Assembly: GCA_965213705.1 (NCBI GenBank)
Contig: OZ243913.1
Location: 672,001 to 736,000, forward strand
Length of the DNA: 64,000 nt
Source: Trueperaceae bacterium
Lineage (GTDB): Bacteria; Deinococcota; Deinococci; Deinococcales; Trueperaceae
Direction of reading: 5' to 3'
Below are positions 39,317 through 49,318 of the stretch, one piece after another (position 1 is the first letter of the stretch; every line of letters starts with the position of its first letter). Both the position numbers and the translations under genes were made by a program. The notes beneath the pieces are model-generated. The model saw only the letters and a list, made by a program, of their open reading frames with translations, made no database searches and was not told the origin of the DNA.

Positions 39317-40516
39317 ATGACTACAAACAAGACGCGTGTTTACCCACTTGCGGGTGTGGCCGTGTTCGCCCTTCTCGCCGCCTGCGCTCCGGCAGCCGGG
39401 TCCGGCGCGAACACCGCCGCAACCTTGCCGCAACGGCGCGCCGCCGGGCCGGCCGAGGTGGTCGCAACTTTTCCCGAACTCATGCCGACCGGCGTTACCG
39501 TCGCCGCCGACGGCCGCACCTTTGTCAACTTTCCCCGCTGGGAAGAGGGTGTGCCCTACACCGTCGCGGAACTTGTCGACGGTCAAACCGTACCTTACCC
39601 CGACCTGGAAACCAATCGGCTTATTGAAACTGCGCCGGACACGCACTTCATCTCGGTGCAGAGCGTCGTGGTCGGCCCCGACAACCGGCTGTGGGTGCTC
39701 GACACCGGGCGGCCCCTCTTCAACACGCCGCCGGTCGGCCCCAAACTGGTCGCCATCAATTTGGACACCAACCAAATCGAACAAACCATTTCCTTCGGCA
39801 ACAGCGCCGCCGTTCTGGACACGACCTACCTAAACGACGTGCGCTTCGACCTGCGCAGCGGCGCGGCAGGGACGGCGTTCATCACCGACTCTTCCTCGCT
39901 GGGGCCGAACGCCCTCATCGTGGTCGACCTGGCGACGGGTGAGGCGTTCCGGCAGCTCGAGGGCGACCCGTCGGTGAGTGCCGTGCCGAACTTTTTGCCC
40001 GTCGTCGAGGGCCGGGTGCTCCTGAGCGACCCCGCCGACGCGCCGCCGAGCTACCTGGGCCTCGGGGCCGACGGGATTGCGATTACCGCCGACGCGCTCT
40101 TTTACCGTCCGCTGGCGAGTCGTCACCTCTACAGCGTACCGCTGGACCTGCTCGCCGACCCTGGAACCGACCCGCAAACCTTGGCAAGTGCGGTCACCGA
40201 CTACGGCGACCTGGGCTTCGCCTCGGACGGCCTCGAGTCCGACACCCTGGGCCGTGTCTACCTCACGAACTACGAGGACGGCGCGGTCCTTCGCTTTACG
40301 CCGGACGCGCCGCTCGGCGACCGCTTCGAGACGCTGCTTTACAATGCGGTCGTCATCTGGCCCGACACGCTCTCGCTGGCGGCGGACGGCTCGCTGTACT
40401 TGACGGTCAACCAACTCAACCGCCAGCCGACGTATCACAACGGCGAGGACCTGCGCCGACCGCCTTACAAGCTGATTCGCATCGCCACCGACGCGGAGCC
40501 GGTGCGCTTGCAGTAG
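39317..40516 (+). CDS. Major royal jelly/Yellow-family beta-propeller lipoprotein
   Basis: LAAC lipobox; FVNFPRW, SVQSV, LWVLDTG, YLNDVRFD, WPDTL. Confidence 0.88.
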   Translation: MTTNKTRVYPLAGVAVFALLAACAPAAGSGANTAATLPQRRAAGPAEVVATFPELMPTGVTVAADGRTFVNFPRWEEGVPYTVAELVDGQTVPYPDLETNRLIETAPDTHFISVQSVVVGPDNRLWVLDTGRPLFNTPPVGPKLVAINLDTNQIEQTISFGNSAAVLDTTYLNDVRFDLRSGAAGTAFITDSSSLGPNALIVVDLATGEAFRQLEGDPSVSAVPNFLPVVEGRVLLSDPADAPPSYLGLGADGIAITADALFYRPLASRHLYSVPLDLLADPGTDPQTLASAVTDYGDLGFASDGLESDTLGRVYLTNYEDGAVLRFTPDAPLGDRFETLLYNAVVIWPDTLSLAADGSLYLTVNQLNRQPTYHNGEDLRRPPYKLIRIATDAEPVRLQ

Positions 40517-40532
40517 GACTTGCAATAGGAGA

Positions 40533-40559
40533 TGTAGAGGCGCAAGACGCGCCTCTACA
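40533..40559. repeat. GTAG-type REP-like hairpin
   Basis: TGTAGAGGCGC-AAGAC-GCGCCTCTACA. Confidence 0.55.
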
Positions 40560-40589
40560 AATTTTTACTCGAGGCCGTGCTTACGCTTC

Positions 40590-41030
40590 AAACTCTCAAC
40601 CGAGACGATTACACCGAAGCCAACCGGGCGATGTGAAACGGCGAGCATTTATGCAGGTCTCAAGATGGAAGGTCTGCTCGCCGCCGTCCAAAAACCCGAC
40701 TGCAGCACGCTGGACGCGCTCGAGCAGCGCGTCTTCGCTTTGCTCGGCGTCGTGGGTAAGACGGTCGCCCAACTGAGTTGCAACAACGACCGCGAACCGC
40801 TGTCGCTCGCCAAGCTCGGGGCGGCGCGCTGTGTCGGCTTCGACAGCAGCGACGCGTTTGCAGAGCAAGGTAAGCTGCTGGTGGAAACGGGCAGTTTGGC
40901 CGCCGAGTTCTCGCGCGCGAGCGTCTACAGACATCCCGCACGCGTTTGACGACAGCTTCGACATCGTTTACGTCACCGTCGGCACGCTAGTCCAAGTCCT
41001 CGAGCCTGACCCAATCGTCTTCGACGGGAC
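40590..41030 (+). pseudogene. Class I SAM-methyltransferase remnant
   Basis: YTEANRAM* then KTVAQLSCNNDRE.LSL.KLGAARCVGFD, frameshift to DIPHAFDDSFDIVYVTVGTL; truncated. Confidence 0.7.
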
Positions 41031-41089
41031 ACGTGGTGATGCCGTCAAGAACGCAACCCCCACGTCTGACGTACCAAAAAATTGCTCAA

Positions 41090-41452
41090 CTACTCCTGAA
41101 ACGCCCGCCGCGCCGCCTCGACGTCCGAAAAGTGTGCCACCGTCCATCCGCCCAGCGCCCGAATCGGCTCGACCAGGGTTAAACCCAAGGGGCTGAGGGC
41201 ATACACCACCTTGGGTGGAATTTCCGGATGGTGCTCTCTCGTCACCAGCCCGTTGCGCTCTAAATCTCTGAGTGTCTTTGTGAGCATTTTTTGTGAGATG
41301 TCGCCAAGCTCCCGCATCAGTTCGCCGTGCCTTTTCTCTTCGTTTGACAAAGACGCCAGGACGAGTAGCGCCCACCGGTTGGCGAGCATCTTGAAAACTT
41401 TCCTGGAGGGGCACTTGGGGTTGAGCACGTTCGGCGTGGGGGTATCAAGCAT
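41090..41452 (-). CDS. HxlR-family winged-helix regulator
   Basis: CPSR...NRW, ISQKMLTKTLRDLERNGLV, PPKVVYALS. Confidence 0.93.
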   Translation of the reverse strand: MLDTPTPNVLNPKCPSRKVFKMLANRWALLVLASLSNEEKRHGELMRELGDISQKMLTKTLRDLERNGLVTREHHPEIPPKVVYALSPLGLTLVEPIRALGGWTVAHFSDVEAARRAFQE

Positions 41453-41599
41453 AACCGTAGCTTAGCAAAAGAAGCAAGGCACTTTTTTATCCTATAGAAC
41501 CAGGCAGTGCCAAGGCTACTTGTTTCCCTAGAGCGGGTTTCTTAGGGTAAGTGGCAGGTCGTTATGCGGCCTTACATTTCACGTTTAGGAGTCGCTTTT

Positions 41600-42157
41600 A
41601 TGAAAAAGATACTCGGTCTCGTTGCTCTTTTCACCCTCGTTACCCTGAGTTGGGCGCAGTCCCCCGCAGACCTGTCGGGTCGGTGGACAAGCCCTACCTG
41701 CGAAGACATAGGTAACGGTCTTTACCTCACACGTGAGTTTGAGCTTAGCGACACCCTGTGGTCCATCGGCTTCACCCTGTACGCCGATGAAGCCTGCACG
41801 GTCGGTCTGGCCCAGGGGCGTAACGAAGGCATCTATAACTTGGGTGCCGAATCCGCAGGTGGGCGTGAAGGCAACTTCGGTTTCAGCAAAAAGTACCACA
41901 CCCCGCTCGTCGCCGACTTCGTCACGGCTTTCGGCGACGCGGGGTGCGGTTCGGCTCCCTGGGAACTAGGCGTCGAGCAAGGCATCAGCAGCACCGGCTG
42001 TCCCGCGACGGGCACGCCCGCTATCGTTGAATGCCCTGTGGAGTACGACCTCGTCAAGCTCGAGGACGACCTGCTCTACTTCGGTGAGCGCTCAGGCGGG
42101 ATGTGCGACGCCGACAACCGCACGAACACGTTCGGTCTACCCGTCCAGAAACAGTAG
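41600..42157 (+). CDS. Exported Cys-rich protein resembling the APCDD1 domain
   Basis: Signal peptide; GRWTSPTCE...YLTREF...W....YADEAC, EYDLVKL...LYFGER. Confidence 0.6.
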   Translation: MKKILGLVALFTLVTLSWAQSPADLSGRWTSPTCEDIGNGLYLTREFELSDTLWSIGFTLYADEACTVGLAQGRNEGIYNLGAESAGGREGNFGFSKKYHTPLVADFVTAFGDAGCGSAPWELGVEQGISSTGCPATGTPAIVECPVEYDLVKLEDDLLYFGERSGGMCDADNRTNTFGLPVQKQ

Positions 42158-42208
42158 TCGGACACGCAAGAAACGACATCGTCACAAAAATTACCGGAGG
42201 AGACAGTC

Positions 42209-42517
42209 GTGCATATTCGCCTCGTACGCTTGAGCGTCAAGCTCGAGTCCGTCAATGCTTTCCTCAAAGCGAGCGGCGAGAATGTGGGGAAGACGGTGCT
42301 CGAGGCGGGCGTCGTCCGCTTCGACCTGCTTCAGGAGCAAGACGACCCGACGACCTTTGTGGTGGTCGAGGTTTATGCGAGTGACGCGGCGAGGCTCGCT
42401 CACTTTGAAACCGAGGCGTTTCGGGTTTGGAGGGAGAAAACGGCCCCGATGCTGGAAAGTTTTAGCTCAACTCAGTACGTGAGGCCGGTAGAGAGCCTCA
42501 AAAGCCTGAGCGCTTAA
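42209..42517 (+). CDS. ABM-family (LsrG/quinol monooxygenase-like) protein
   Basis: EAGVVRFDLLQ...FVVVEVY...AHFET. Confidence 0.85.
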   Translation: MHIRLVRLSVKLESVNAFLKASGENVGKTVLEAGVVRFDLLQEQDDPTTFVVVEVYASDAARLAHFETEAFRVWREKTAPMLESFSSTQYVRPVESLKSLSA

Positions 42518-42525
42518 GAGCCCAC

Positions 42526-43431
42526 ATGGACACCATCGTCGTCACCGGAGCTACGGGACAAATCGGCAGCGAACTCGTCCACCTGCTCGCCTCGCACGCG
42601 TCGCAGCCTGAGATACGAGCTGCCACGCGCAATCCTTCATCATCCGCCGCAGGACTTTTGAGAGTGATGAACCCGGGGACGGTTCACCCCACAGCCTTCG
42701 ACATTGAAGATGAAGGGGGGCTCGAGAGGCTGTTCCAAGACGCGACCAAGCTCTGTATCATCGCGCCGGTCATCGACAGCATGGCAGCGTGGCACGCCAA
42801 ACTTATGGAGGTCTTCACGCGTGTCGGTCAACCCGCGTACATCGTCAAGGTCAGCGTCACGGGCGCACGCTCACCCGACAGCGACCCACCGCCCGGACGC
42901 TTTCCCTCGCTCCACTGGCAAGGGGAAGAGGCGATTCGGCGCAGCGACGTCGCTAGCACGGTGGTTCGCCCGACCATCTTTATGCAGCACTTTTTGAGCG
43001 TGCCGGGACTTTACACGAAGGGCGACGACCGCTTTTACCTGCCGAGTAGCGAGGGTGAAATCGCCTTTTTGGACTGCCGCGACATCGCCCACGCTGCGGC
43101 GACACTTTTGACAATGAACGCAGGAGAACGGCGAGTTTTCGAGGGGCAAGCCTTTGAACTCACCGGACCGAGTGCGCTCACCGCGGGCGAGATTGCCAGC
43201 ATCCTCAGTCTCGTAGCGGGCAGGCCCATAATGCACGTCGACGGTGTGGCGGCGTTTGAAGCGCACTGCCGCGAGTTAGGTGTGACCGACGCGCTGAAAA
43301 GCGTCTATGCGGAGGCTGCCGAGGGCTGGTTCAGCAGGCTCGAGCTAACCACCTTTGAACGCATTACCGGCAGACAACCTACCTCATTCGCCAAATTCGC
43401 CTACGACCACGCCGGCTATTTCAAGGAGTAA
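42526..43431 (+). CDS. NmrA-like NAD(P)-binding protein
   Basis: VTGATGQIG, RPTIFMQ, FELTGP. Confidence 0.88.
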   Translation: MDTIVVTGATGQIGSELVHLLASHASQPEIRAATRNPSSSAAGLLRVMNPGTVHPTAFDIEDEGGLERLFQDATKLCIIAPVIDSMAAWHAKLMEVFTRVGQPAYIVKVSVTGARSPDSDPPPGRFPSLHWQGEEAIRRSDVASTVVRPTIFMQHFLSVPGLYTKGDDRFYLPSSEGEIAFLDCRDIAHAAATLLTMNAGERRVFEGQAFELTGPSALTAGEIASILSLVAGRPIMHVDGVAAFEAHCRELGVTDALKSVYAEAAEGWFSRLELTTFERITGRQPTSFAKFAYDHAGYFKE

Positions 43432-43434
43432 GCC

Positions 43435-43770
43435 ATGTTCACCTTTACGCTCACCGTAGAAGTTCCCGACGACCATGTCGAAACGTTTCTGGCCTTGACG
43501 CAAAAAGTCGCCGAGGCGACGCGTCAGGAAAAAGGCTGCCTCATCTTTGACCTGCTACGTTCGGCCAGTCGGCCAAACGAATTCACGACCTACGAAGCCT
43601 TTACGGATGAAGCGGATTGGAACCGGCACGTCGCTTTTGAACACACCAAAGCGTGGATGCGCGGCGTTCAAGAACTCGTAACGGAGCGCGGGTTCGACTC
43701 GGACCTCGTCAGCGCGTATTACGACCATTGGGCGGCGTTCACGATAGCGAAAGGTCAGTACCAGGGGTGA
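43435..43770 (+). CDS. ABM-family monooxygenase-like protein
   Basis: TRQEKGCLIFDL...FTTYE.F...H...EH. Confidence 0.85.
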   Translation: MFTFTLTVEVPDDHVETFLALTQKVAEATRQEKGCLIFDLLRSASRPNEFTTYEAFTDEADWNRHVAFEHTKAWMRGVQELVTERGFDSDLVSAYYDHWAAFTIAKGQYQG

Positions 43771-43816
43771 CAACAAGCGCGCTGTTTTCGAGCTTCCGTG
43801 CGGTGTGACCGGTTTT

Positions 43817-45007
43817 TCAAATGGGGGCGGTAGCATTCGCTTTATAAAGTGCGTAGAGTTTTTCAGCGGCGTCACCGCGTTTCAGACCCGTAAGGCTGAT
43901 GTTCTCCGGCATACCGGGCAGGGCGCGGCGGGCGTGCTCGAGCCACCCCTCAGCCTCGGCCTCGGTCGAAATATCGTTCGGGCGGGCGTCGTAGCTTGAA
44001 AAATACCCTTTCGTCCCGAGGTACTGGACGGCGGGCACCCAGGACGCTTCCTTAGCCATGTCGAAGTCGTTGAAAAACGAGAGCATGTGTCCGTTCTCCG
44101 CGAGCCTGCGCTGCAGGGCGTCCACGCTGATGTCGGCGACCTGCGCTCGCGTTTCTTTGGCGAGCGCCGCTGCATAGCCCGCCGCCTCCGCCAACTGGAT
44201 AAGCGTCGGCGTCTGCCGCACCGTCCCCCAGGCGACGTGCGTGACCGAGCAGCACACGCTCACCAGCAGGTTGTCGAGCCTCTCGGGAAGCATCACCCGG
44301 TAGGGCACCTGCGCGGGGCGGGTCTGCTCCTGCAAAAAGAACTGCCCGTCACAGGCCGTTCCGGGGCGGCGCTCGGGGGTGCAAGCGAGCGAGTCGAGCG
44401 GAAAGTCGGTGACGGCGACGCTGTCGGCGTGGACGGGCGTGCGCTCCGAACGGGATGCTAAGAGCGCGTCGTGCTCGGTGAAGGTGGTGCGGCCCCAAAT
44501 CCTGCGTGCCTCGCGGACGTAGAGGTGGGTGGGGATGTTGTCGTTGTCGGTGAACTCGTCTTTTGAGAGGCCCCACTCGAGCGCCCGCAACCGCACCGCC
44601 CGCACGCGCCTCCGGTCGAGTTCGACAGCGGCAGGGTGATAGCGGTGCAAAACGGTGATGTCTTCCGCCTCGACCATCTCCCTGGCGACTTTGAGCGCCG
44701 CACTCGGCTCGAAAGTCATCATGGGGTTGCCGGGCTCCAAATAGACGCACTGCCGGTACTGGTCTGAATCCTCGCCGTAGGCCTCCCGGTAGTGGCGGAC
44801 GATGCCCGACTTTAACTCCTCGAGCAAGGGCGCACGCACCCCGGTGTAGTGCGTCTCGATAGCGCCCAAGGAGGCGAGCACGCCCGCGAAGTGTTCGTCC
44901 TGCGTGACCAGCAGCGTGGTAAGTCCCTCCCTGGCCGCGCGAACGGCGGCAGCGACGCCCGGGGCCGACTCACCAAAAACAAGCACATCAGCCTTCATCA
45001 TTTTCAT
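43817..45007 (-). pseudogene. FAD-dependent oxidoreductase with a probable in-frame internal deletion
   Basis: N-terminal AAAVRAAREG/TFEPS jumps directly to WGLSKDEFTDN..P..LYVREARR; the family's DATYEGD-containing middle region is absent; junction codons CTC GAG at 44576-44581. Confidence 0.65.
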
Positions 45008-45023
45008 CGTTAACCACTCCTTG

Positions 45024-45053
45024 TTGACAGATATCAGATATCTGTTTTAAAGT
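45024..45053. promoter_or_regulatory. Promoter overlapping a perfect palindrome (likely FadR/GntR operator)
   Basis: ACAGATATC-A-GATATCTGT at 45027-45045 overlaps TTGACA at 45024. Confidence 0.7.
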
Positions 45054-45104
45054 ATAGCTCGAGGCAGTTAACTTGGATAGGAGCAACTCGGATAGGAGCA
45101 GGGT

Positions 45105-46418
45105 GTGGAGAATCTTCCCCCGACGGAACTTCCCGGCTTGACCAAAAACTTTCACGTTCCCGCAGCCGTGTCGGGCAACGACGAGGCTCGGGCCCGCTGG
45201 TTTTCCGGCTTGGGTCTAGGGCTTTTCGTCCACTGGTCGCTCGACGTGCAGCTCGGGTCGGTCATCAGCCACTCGATGGTGGGGGCGTCGCAGGACTATC
45301 TGGAGCGCTTCGTCCACGACTTGCCCAAAACCTTCAACCCGACGCGCTTCGACCCGGACGCCTGGGCGCGGCAGGCGAAGGTCGCCGGGGTGCGCTACGT
45401 GGTGTTTACCACCAAGCACCACAGCGGCTTTTGCATGTTCGACACCGAAACCACCAGCTTCAACGTGATGAACACGCCTTATGGTAAAGACATCATCAGA
45501 GAGGTCGTGGACGCTTTTCGCGCCTGGGACATCGCCGTCGGCTTTTACTTTTCCCCCGACGACTTCTGGCTCTTGCACCGGCAGGGATACGAGGTGACGC
45601 GGTCGCGCCCCGAAGCCAACCCGCGCAACAACCCCGAGCTGATGGCGCACAACAGGACGCAGCTCCGCGAATTATTAACCCACTACGGGCCTGTCGACAT
45701 CGTCTTTTTCGACGGCGAGCCCGAGGGGTTGAAAGAACTCGCCTGGGAGCTTTCGCCGCAGACGGTGGTGACGCGAGGCGACATGGCGACGCCCGAGCAG
45801 ACCCTGCCGGACGCGCCCCTGCCGCCCCCCTGGGAGGCGTGCTTCACGCTCGGCACCCAGTGGGCGTACAAACCTACCCATGAAACGTACAAGTCGGGCA
45901 CGGAGCTTATCGACATGCTCGTCGAGACGCGGGCCAAGGGCGGCAACCTGCTCTTAAACGTAGGTCCCAAACCCGACGGCGGCTTACCCATCCAACAGAC
46001 GGACCGCCTGCAAGAACTCGCGCTGTGGATGTTCGTGAACGGGGAGGCGATTTACGACACGGCGTCCCTCCCGGTCGTCCGGGAAACGCTCACGCTCGAG
46101 CACGAGGTCTGGTACACGCGCAAGGGCGACACCGTCTACGCCCTCGTTACGGGCGGCGCGTGGCCCAAGGGAGAGCGCAAAGTCGTCACCCTGAAGAGCA
46201 TTTGCGCGACCGAAGCCACGGAAGTCGAGGTGTTGGGGCAGTCGGGCAACGCGCTCGAGTACCGCCTCGGTGTCAGTCCTAAAGCGAGCTGGACGCAGGA
46301 TGATAACGGACTGCACCTCTCGGTGATGCGGGCGCAGCGCCTGCACAACGACTCAAAATGGCCCAACCCCGTGGTGATTCGCGTTACTCACGCCCGTTGG
46401 CAAGACGAAAGGGCCTGA
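45105..46418 (+). CDS. Alpha-L-fucosidase (GH29)
   Basis: GLFVHW, FNPTRFDPDAW, TTKHHSGF, FFDG, GNLLLNVGP. Confidence 0.92.
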   Translation: MENLPPTELPGLTKNFHVPAAVSGNDEARARWFSGLGLGLFVHWSLDVQLGSVISHSMVGASQDYLERFVHDLPKTFNPTRFDPDAWARQAKVAGVRYVVFTTKHHSGFCMFDTETTSFNVMNTPYGKDIIREVVDAFRAWDIAVGFYFSPDDFWLLHRQGYEVTRSRPEANPRNNPELMAHNRTQLRELLTHYGPVDIVFFDGEPEGLKELAWELSPQTVVTRGDMATPEQTLPDAPLPPPWEACFTLGTQWAYKPTHETYKSGTELIDMLVETRAKGGNLLLNVGPKPDGGLPIQQTDRLQELALWMFVNGEAIYDTASLPVVRETLTLEHEVWYTRKGDTVYALVTGGAWPKGERKVVTLKSICATEATEVEVLGQSGNALEYRLGVSPKASWTQDDNGLHLSVMRAQRLHNDSKWPNPVVIRVTHARWQDERA

Positions 46419-46419
46419 C

Positions 46420-47139
46420 GTGGCCCGGCTGAAGACCCTCGAGCGCAGCCCCGCCATCCGCGAACGCGTGCAGGACGCCATCCGAGCCTACGTGTCCGAG
46501 AACGGCCTTAAAGCAGGTGACGCCCTGCCGCCCGAAACGAAGTTGGCTGAGCAGTTGGGCGTAAGCCGCTTGTCCGTGCGCGAGGCGGTCAAGGTGTTGG
46601 AGAGCACGGGCTTCGTGCGCTCGGAACGCGGCAACGGCCTGTTCGTCGGCAGCTTCTCGTTCGACCCGCTTCTGGAGCACCTGCCTTACGGCCTCATGGA
46701 CGACCTTTCCAACCTCTCCGACCTGTTGCAGATGCGGGCCTTTTTGGAACTCGGCATGGCGGACGCGGTGCTCGCTCGCCTCACGGAGGAGCAGCTCGAG
46801 GCGGCACGCGCGGTTCTTGAACAGATGAAGGCGCAGGCGGCAGCGGGCGGCGTCTTGCCCGAGGCCGACCGCGAGTTTCACCGGCTCTACTGCCGGAACC
46901 TCGGCAACCCCCTCATCAGCAAGGTCACCGATATGTTTTGGCAGGCCTTCCGCCGCGCCAGCCAGCACGCCGCCATTGGGGACACCGACCCGGCCCGCAC
47001 CTACCGCGACCACGAGCGGGTCGTCCGCGCCCTCGAGACCGGCGACCTCACGGGGCTCCGAAGCGCGCTCGAGCAGCACTACGCCTACATCCTCGAGCGT
47101 TTAGGACGCGCTCAACAGCGCCAGAAAGGAGGCGCGTGA
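46420..47139 (+). CDS. FadR/GntR-family regulator
   Basis: GDALPPETKLAEQLGVSRLSVREA; FCD domain DREFH. Confidence 0.93.
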   Translation: MARLKTLERSPAIRERVQDAIRAYVSENGLKAGDALPPETKLAEQLGVSRLSVREAVKVLESTGFVRSERGNGLFVGSFSFDPLLEHLPYGLMDDLSNLSDLLQMRAFLELGMADAVLARLTEEQLEAARAVLEQMKAQAAAGGVLPEADREFHRLYCRNLGNPLISKVTDMFWQAFRRASQHAAIGDTDPARTYRDHERVVRALETGDLTGLRSALEQHYAYILERLGRAQQRQKGGA

Positions 47140-48026
47140 CCCTCTCCGGCGTCATTCCGCCCGTCATTACGCCCCTGACGGATGACGGCAGCCTCGACCT
47201 GCCCGCACTCGAGCGGCTGTTGGAACGTCTCATCGCAGCGGGCGTGGGTGGGCTGTTCATGCTGGGTACGAGCGGCGAAGGCCCGTGGCTGAAGCGCGAA
47301 CAGCAAATCAAAGTTCTCGAGGTCGCTGTTCGGGTTGCGGCGGGGCAGGTGCCCGTTATCGCCGGGGTGCTCGAGCCGAGTACGGGCCGCGTTGTCGAAG
47401 CCTTGTCCGCCTTTGAAAACGTGGGAGTGGACGCCTTAGCCCTCACGACGCCCTACTACTTCGGGGTTTCCGACACAGCCCAGCTTCATCATTTTGAAAG
47501 GGTGCTCGAGGCGACGAACCTCCCCGTCGTGCTCTACAACATCCCGTCGGCGACGCACAATTCGCTCTCGGTCGAGACCGTTCGGCAGCTCGCCCGACAT
47601 CCGCACGTCCTCGGCATCAAAGACAGCACGGGCGACCGAGAGCACTTCCGCCGGTTGCTCGAGCTTAAAACCGCACACGACGGCTTCAGCGTTTTGCAAG
47701 GTGCCGAGGTCGCCGCGGGCGAGGCGCTGCTGGCGGGTGCCGACGGCGTGGTCGCGGGCCTCGCCAACCTCGAGCCGGAGCCTTTCGTGCAGATGCTCGA
47801 GGCGGCGCGGCGGGGGGACGAGGCGCGGGTGCGGGTGCTTCAAGCACGCGTCGCCGCCCTGTGGGAACTCCACACTCACGGCCACTGGCTGAGCTGTTTA
47901 AAGTACGCCGCCCACCTGCGCGGGTGCGGGTGCGGGAAAACCCTGGGGCTAGAGGAGCTTGCGCCGGACGCCCAAGCCCAAATAGCCGACGTTCTAAGCC
48001 TGTACCAACAAGGAGGTACACCATGA
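47136..48026 (+). CDS. DHDPS/NAL-family aldolase
   Basis: GTSGE, LYNIP, GIKDS. Confidence 0.92.
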   Translation: MTLSGVIPPVITPLTDDGSLDLPALERLLERLIAAGVGGLFMLGTSGEGPWLKREQQIKVLEVAVRVAAGQVPVIAGVLEPSTGRVVEALSAFENVGVDALALTTPYYFGVSDTAQLHHFERVLEATNLPVVLYNIPSATHNSLSVETVRQLARHPHVLGIKDSTGDREHFRRLLELKTAHDGFSVLQGAEVAAGEALLAGADGVVAGLANLEPEPFVQMLEAARRGDEARVRVLQARVAALWELHTHGHWLSCLKYAAHLRGCGCGKTLGLEELAPDAQAQIADVLSLYQQGGTP

Positions 48027-49297
48027 AACCGTCCGTTTTTCGTCCCCTCATCGTTCTGCTCGCCGTTTTCGGTCTCTCCACAGCCCTGGCCCAGGACACC
48101 GTGCGCGTGTTCACCCTCGACTCGTTTCAAGAACTTATCGAAGGCGAGGGCGACGCGGGCACCAACGTACTCGCTGATGCCCCCTTCACTGTCGAGTGGG
48201 AACTGAGCCCCTTCCAGGGCTACGAACTCAAGATGCGCCGCGCCATCACCAGCCCGCGCCCGAGCGTGGACGTGGTGTTCGTGCTGGACAGGTGGGGCGG
48301 CTCGAGCATCTACCGCAGCGCCACGCCGCTCGGCCCCCTCATGGACGCGGAGCCGATTGAGGACTTCGACGACGTCATCGCGGGCACCTTAGAGCCGTTC
48401 ACTTTTGGGGGTGAACTCTACGGCATCCCCTTCCGCAGCGCCTTTCACGTGCTCTGGTACAACGCCGACATGTTGGCGGCGCAGACCGGCACCTCCGAGC
48501 CGCCTTCGAGCATGGCGGCTTTCTGGGACAACGTGGCCGCGACGACCTACACTGACGACAACGGCGACCAGGTCTACGGGCTCGCCATCTATGGCGGCGC
48601 GGAGGGCGGCAAGGAGTTTATCAAGCTGGCGATGGCTTACGGGGCTCGCATCCTGGACGATGACCTCAACGTGACCGTCGACAGTCCTGAAATGATTCAG
48701 TTCGTCACCGACATCAGCGACGCCTTCCAGGCGGGCCAGGTCGTGCCGAACTTCGACACCATCGCCTCGGGCGACGTGCGCACCTACCTCAAACAGGGCT
48801 TGGCCGCGCACGCGGTCACGACCTTCAGTTTTTACAACGACTTCAACAATCCCGAATCTTCACAGGTTCCGGGGCAAATCCGGGACGCCGTGCTGCCCGC
48901 CGCCGAGGGGTCGGGTTTGGAGTTTGCGCCTCACCAGGTGGCGACCTGGGGGCTGGTCATCCCTGCCGGACTATCTGACGAGCGTAAAGCTTTAGCATGG
49001 GAATTCATTCGCTACCTCTCGAGCGGTGATGCCTCACTCGCCCTCGCCTTGAACGGCAACGGCCCCATCCGCCAGTCCGCTTTCTCCGACGCTGGCTACA
49101 ACGAGACCGAGCCGACCTCGGCGACGCTGCAAGCCATCGCGCCGACCGCCAAGGCCATCATCCAGGCCATCGACGCCTCGACCGAAATTCTGGAGATTTA
49201 CGGCGAAGAGGTCACCGCCGCCATGCTCGGCGACAAGACGCCCGAAGAGGCGATGGCGGACGCCGCTACCGCCATCCGCGTCGTCGTAGAACAATAG
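48023..49297 (+). CDS. Sugar ABC transporter substrate-binding protein
   Basis: Signal peptide; LYGIP, LWYNADM, AWEFIRYL. Confidence 0.9.
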   Translation: MKPSVFRPLIVLLAVFGLSTALAQDTVRVFTLDSFQELIEGEGDAGTNVLADAPFTVEWELSPFQGYELKMRRAITSPRPSVDVVFVLDRWGGSSIYRSATPLGPLMDAEPIEDFDDVIAGTLEPFTFGGELYGIPFRSAFHVLWYNADMLAAQTGTSEPPSSMAAFWDNVAATTYTDDNGDQVYGLAIYGGAEGGKEFIKLAMAYGARILDDDLNVTVDSPEMIQFVTDISDAFQAGQVVPNFDTIASGDVRTYLKQGLAAHAVTTFSFYNDFNNPESSQVPGQIRDAVLPAAEGSGLEFAPHQVATWGLVIPAGLSDERKALAWEFIRYLSSGDASLALALNGNGPIRQSAFSDAGYNETEPTSATLQAIAPTAKAIIQAIDASTEILEIYGEEVTAAMLGDKTPEEAMADAATAIRVVVEQ

Positions 49298-49318
49298 GGG
49301 CCGCTACTCCAGCGACCC

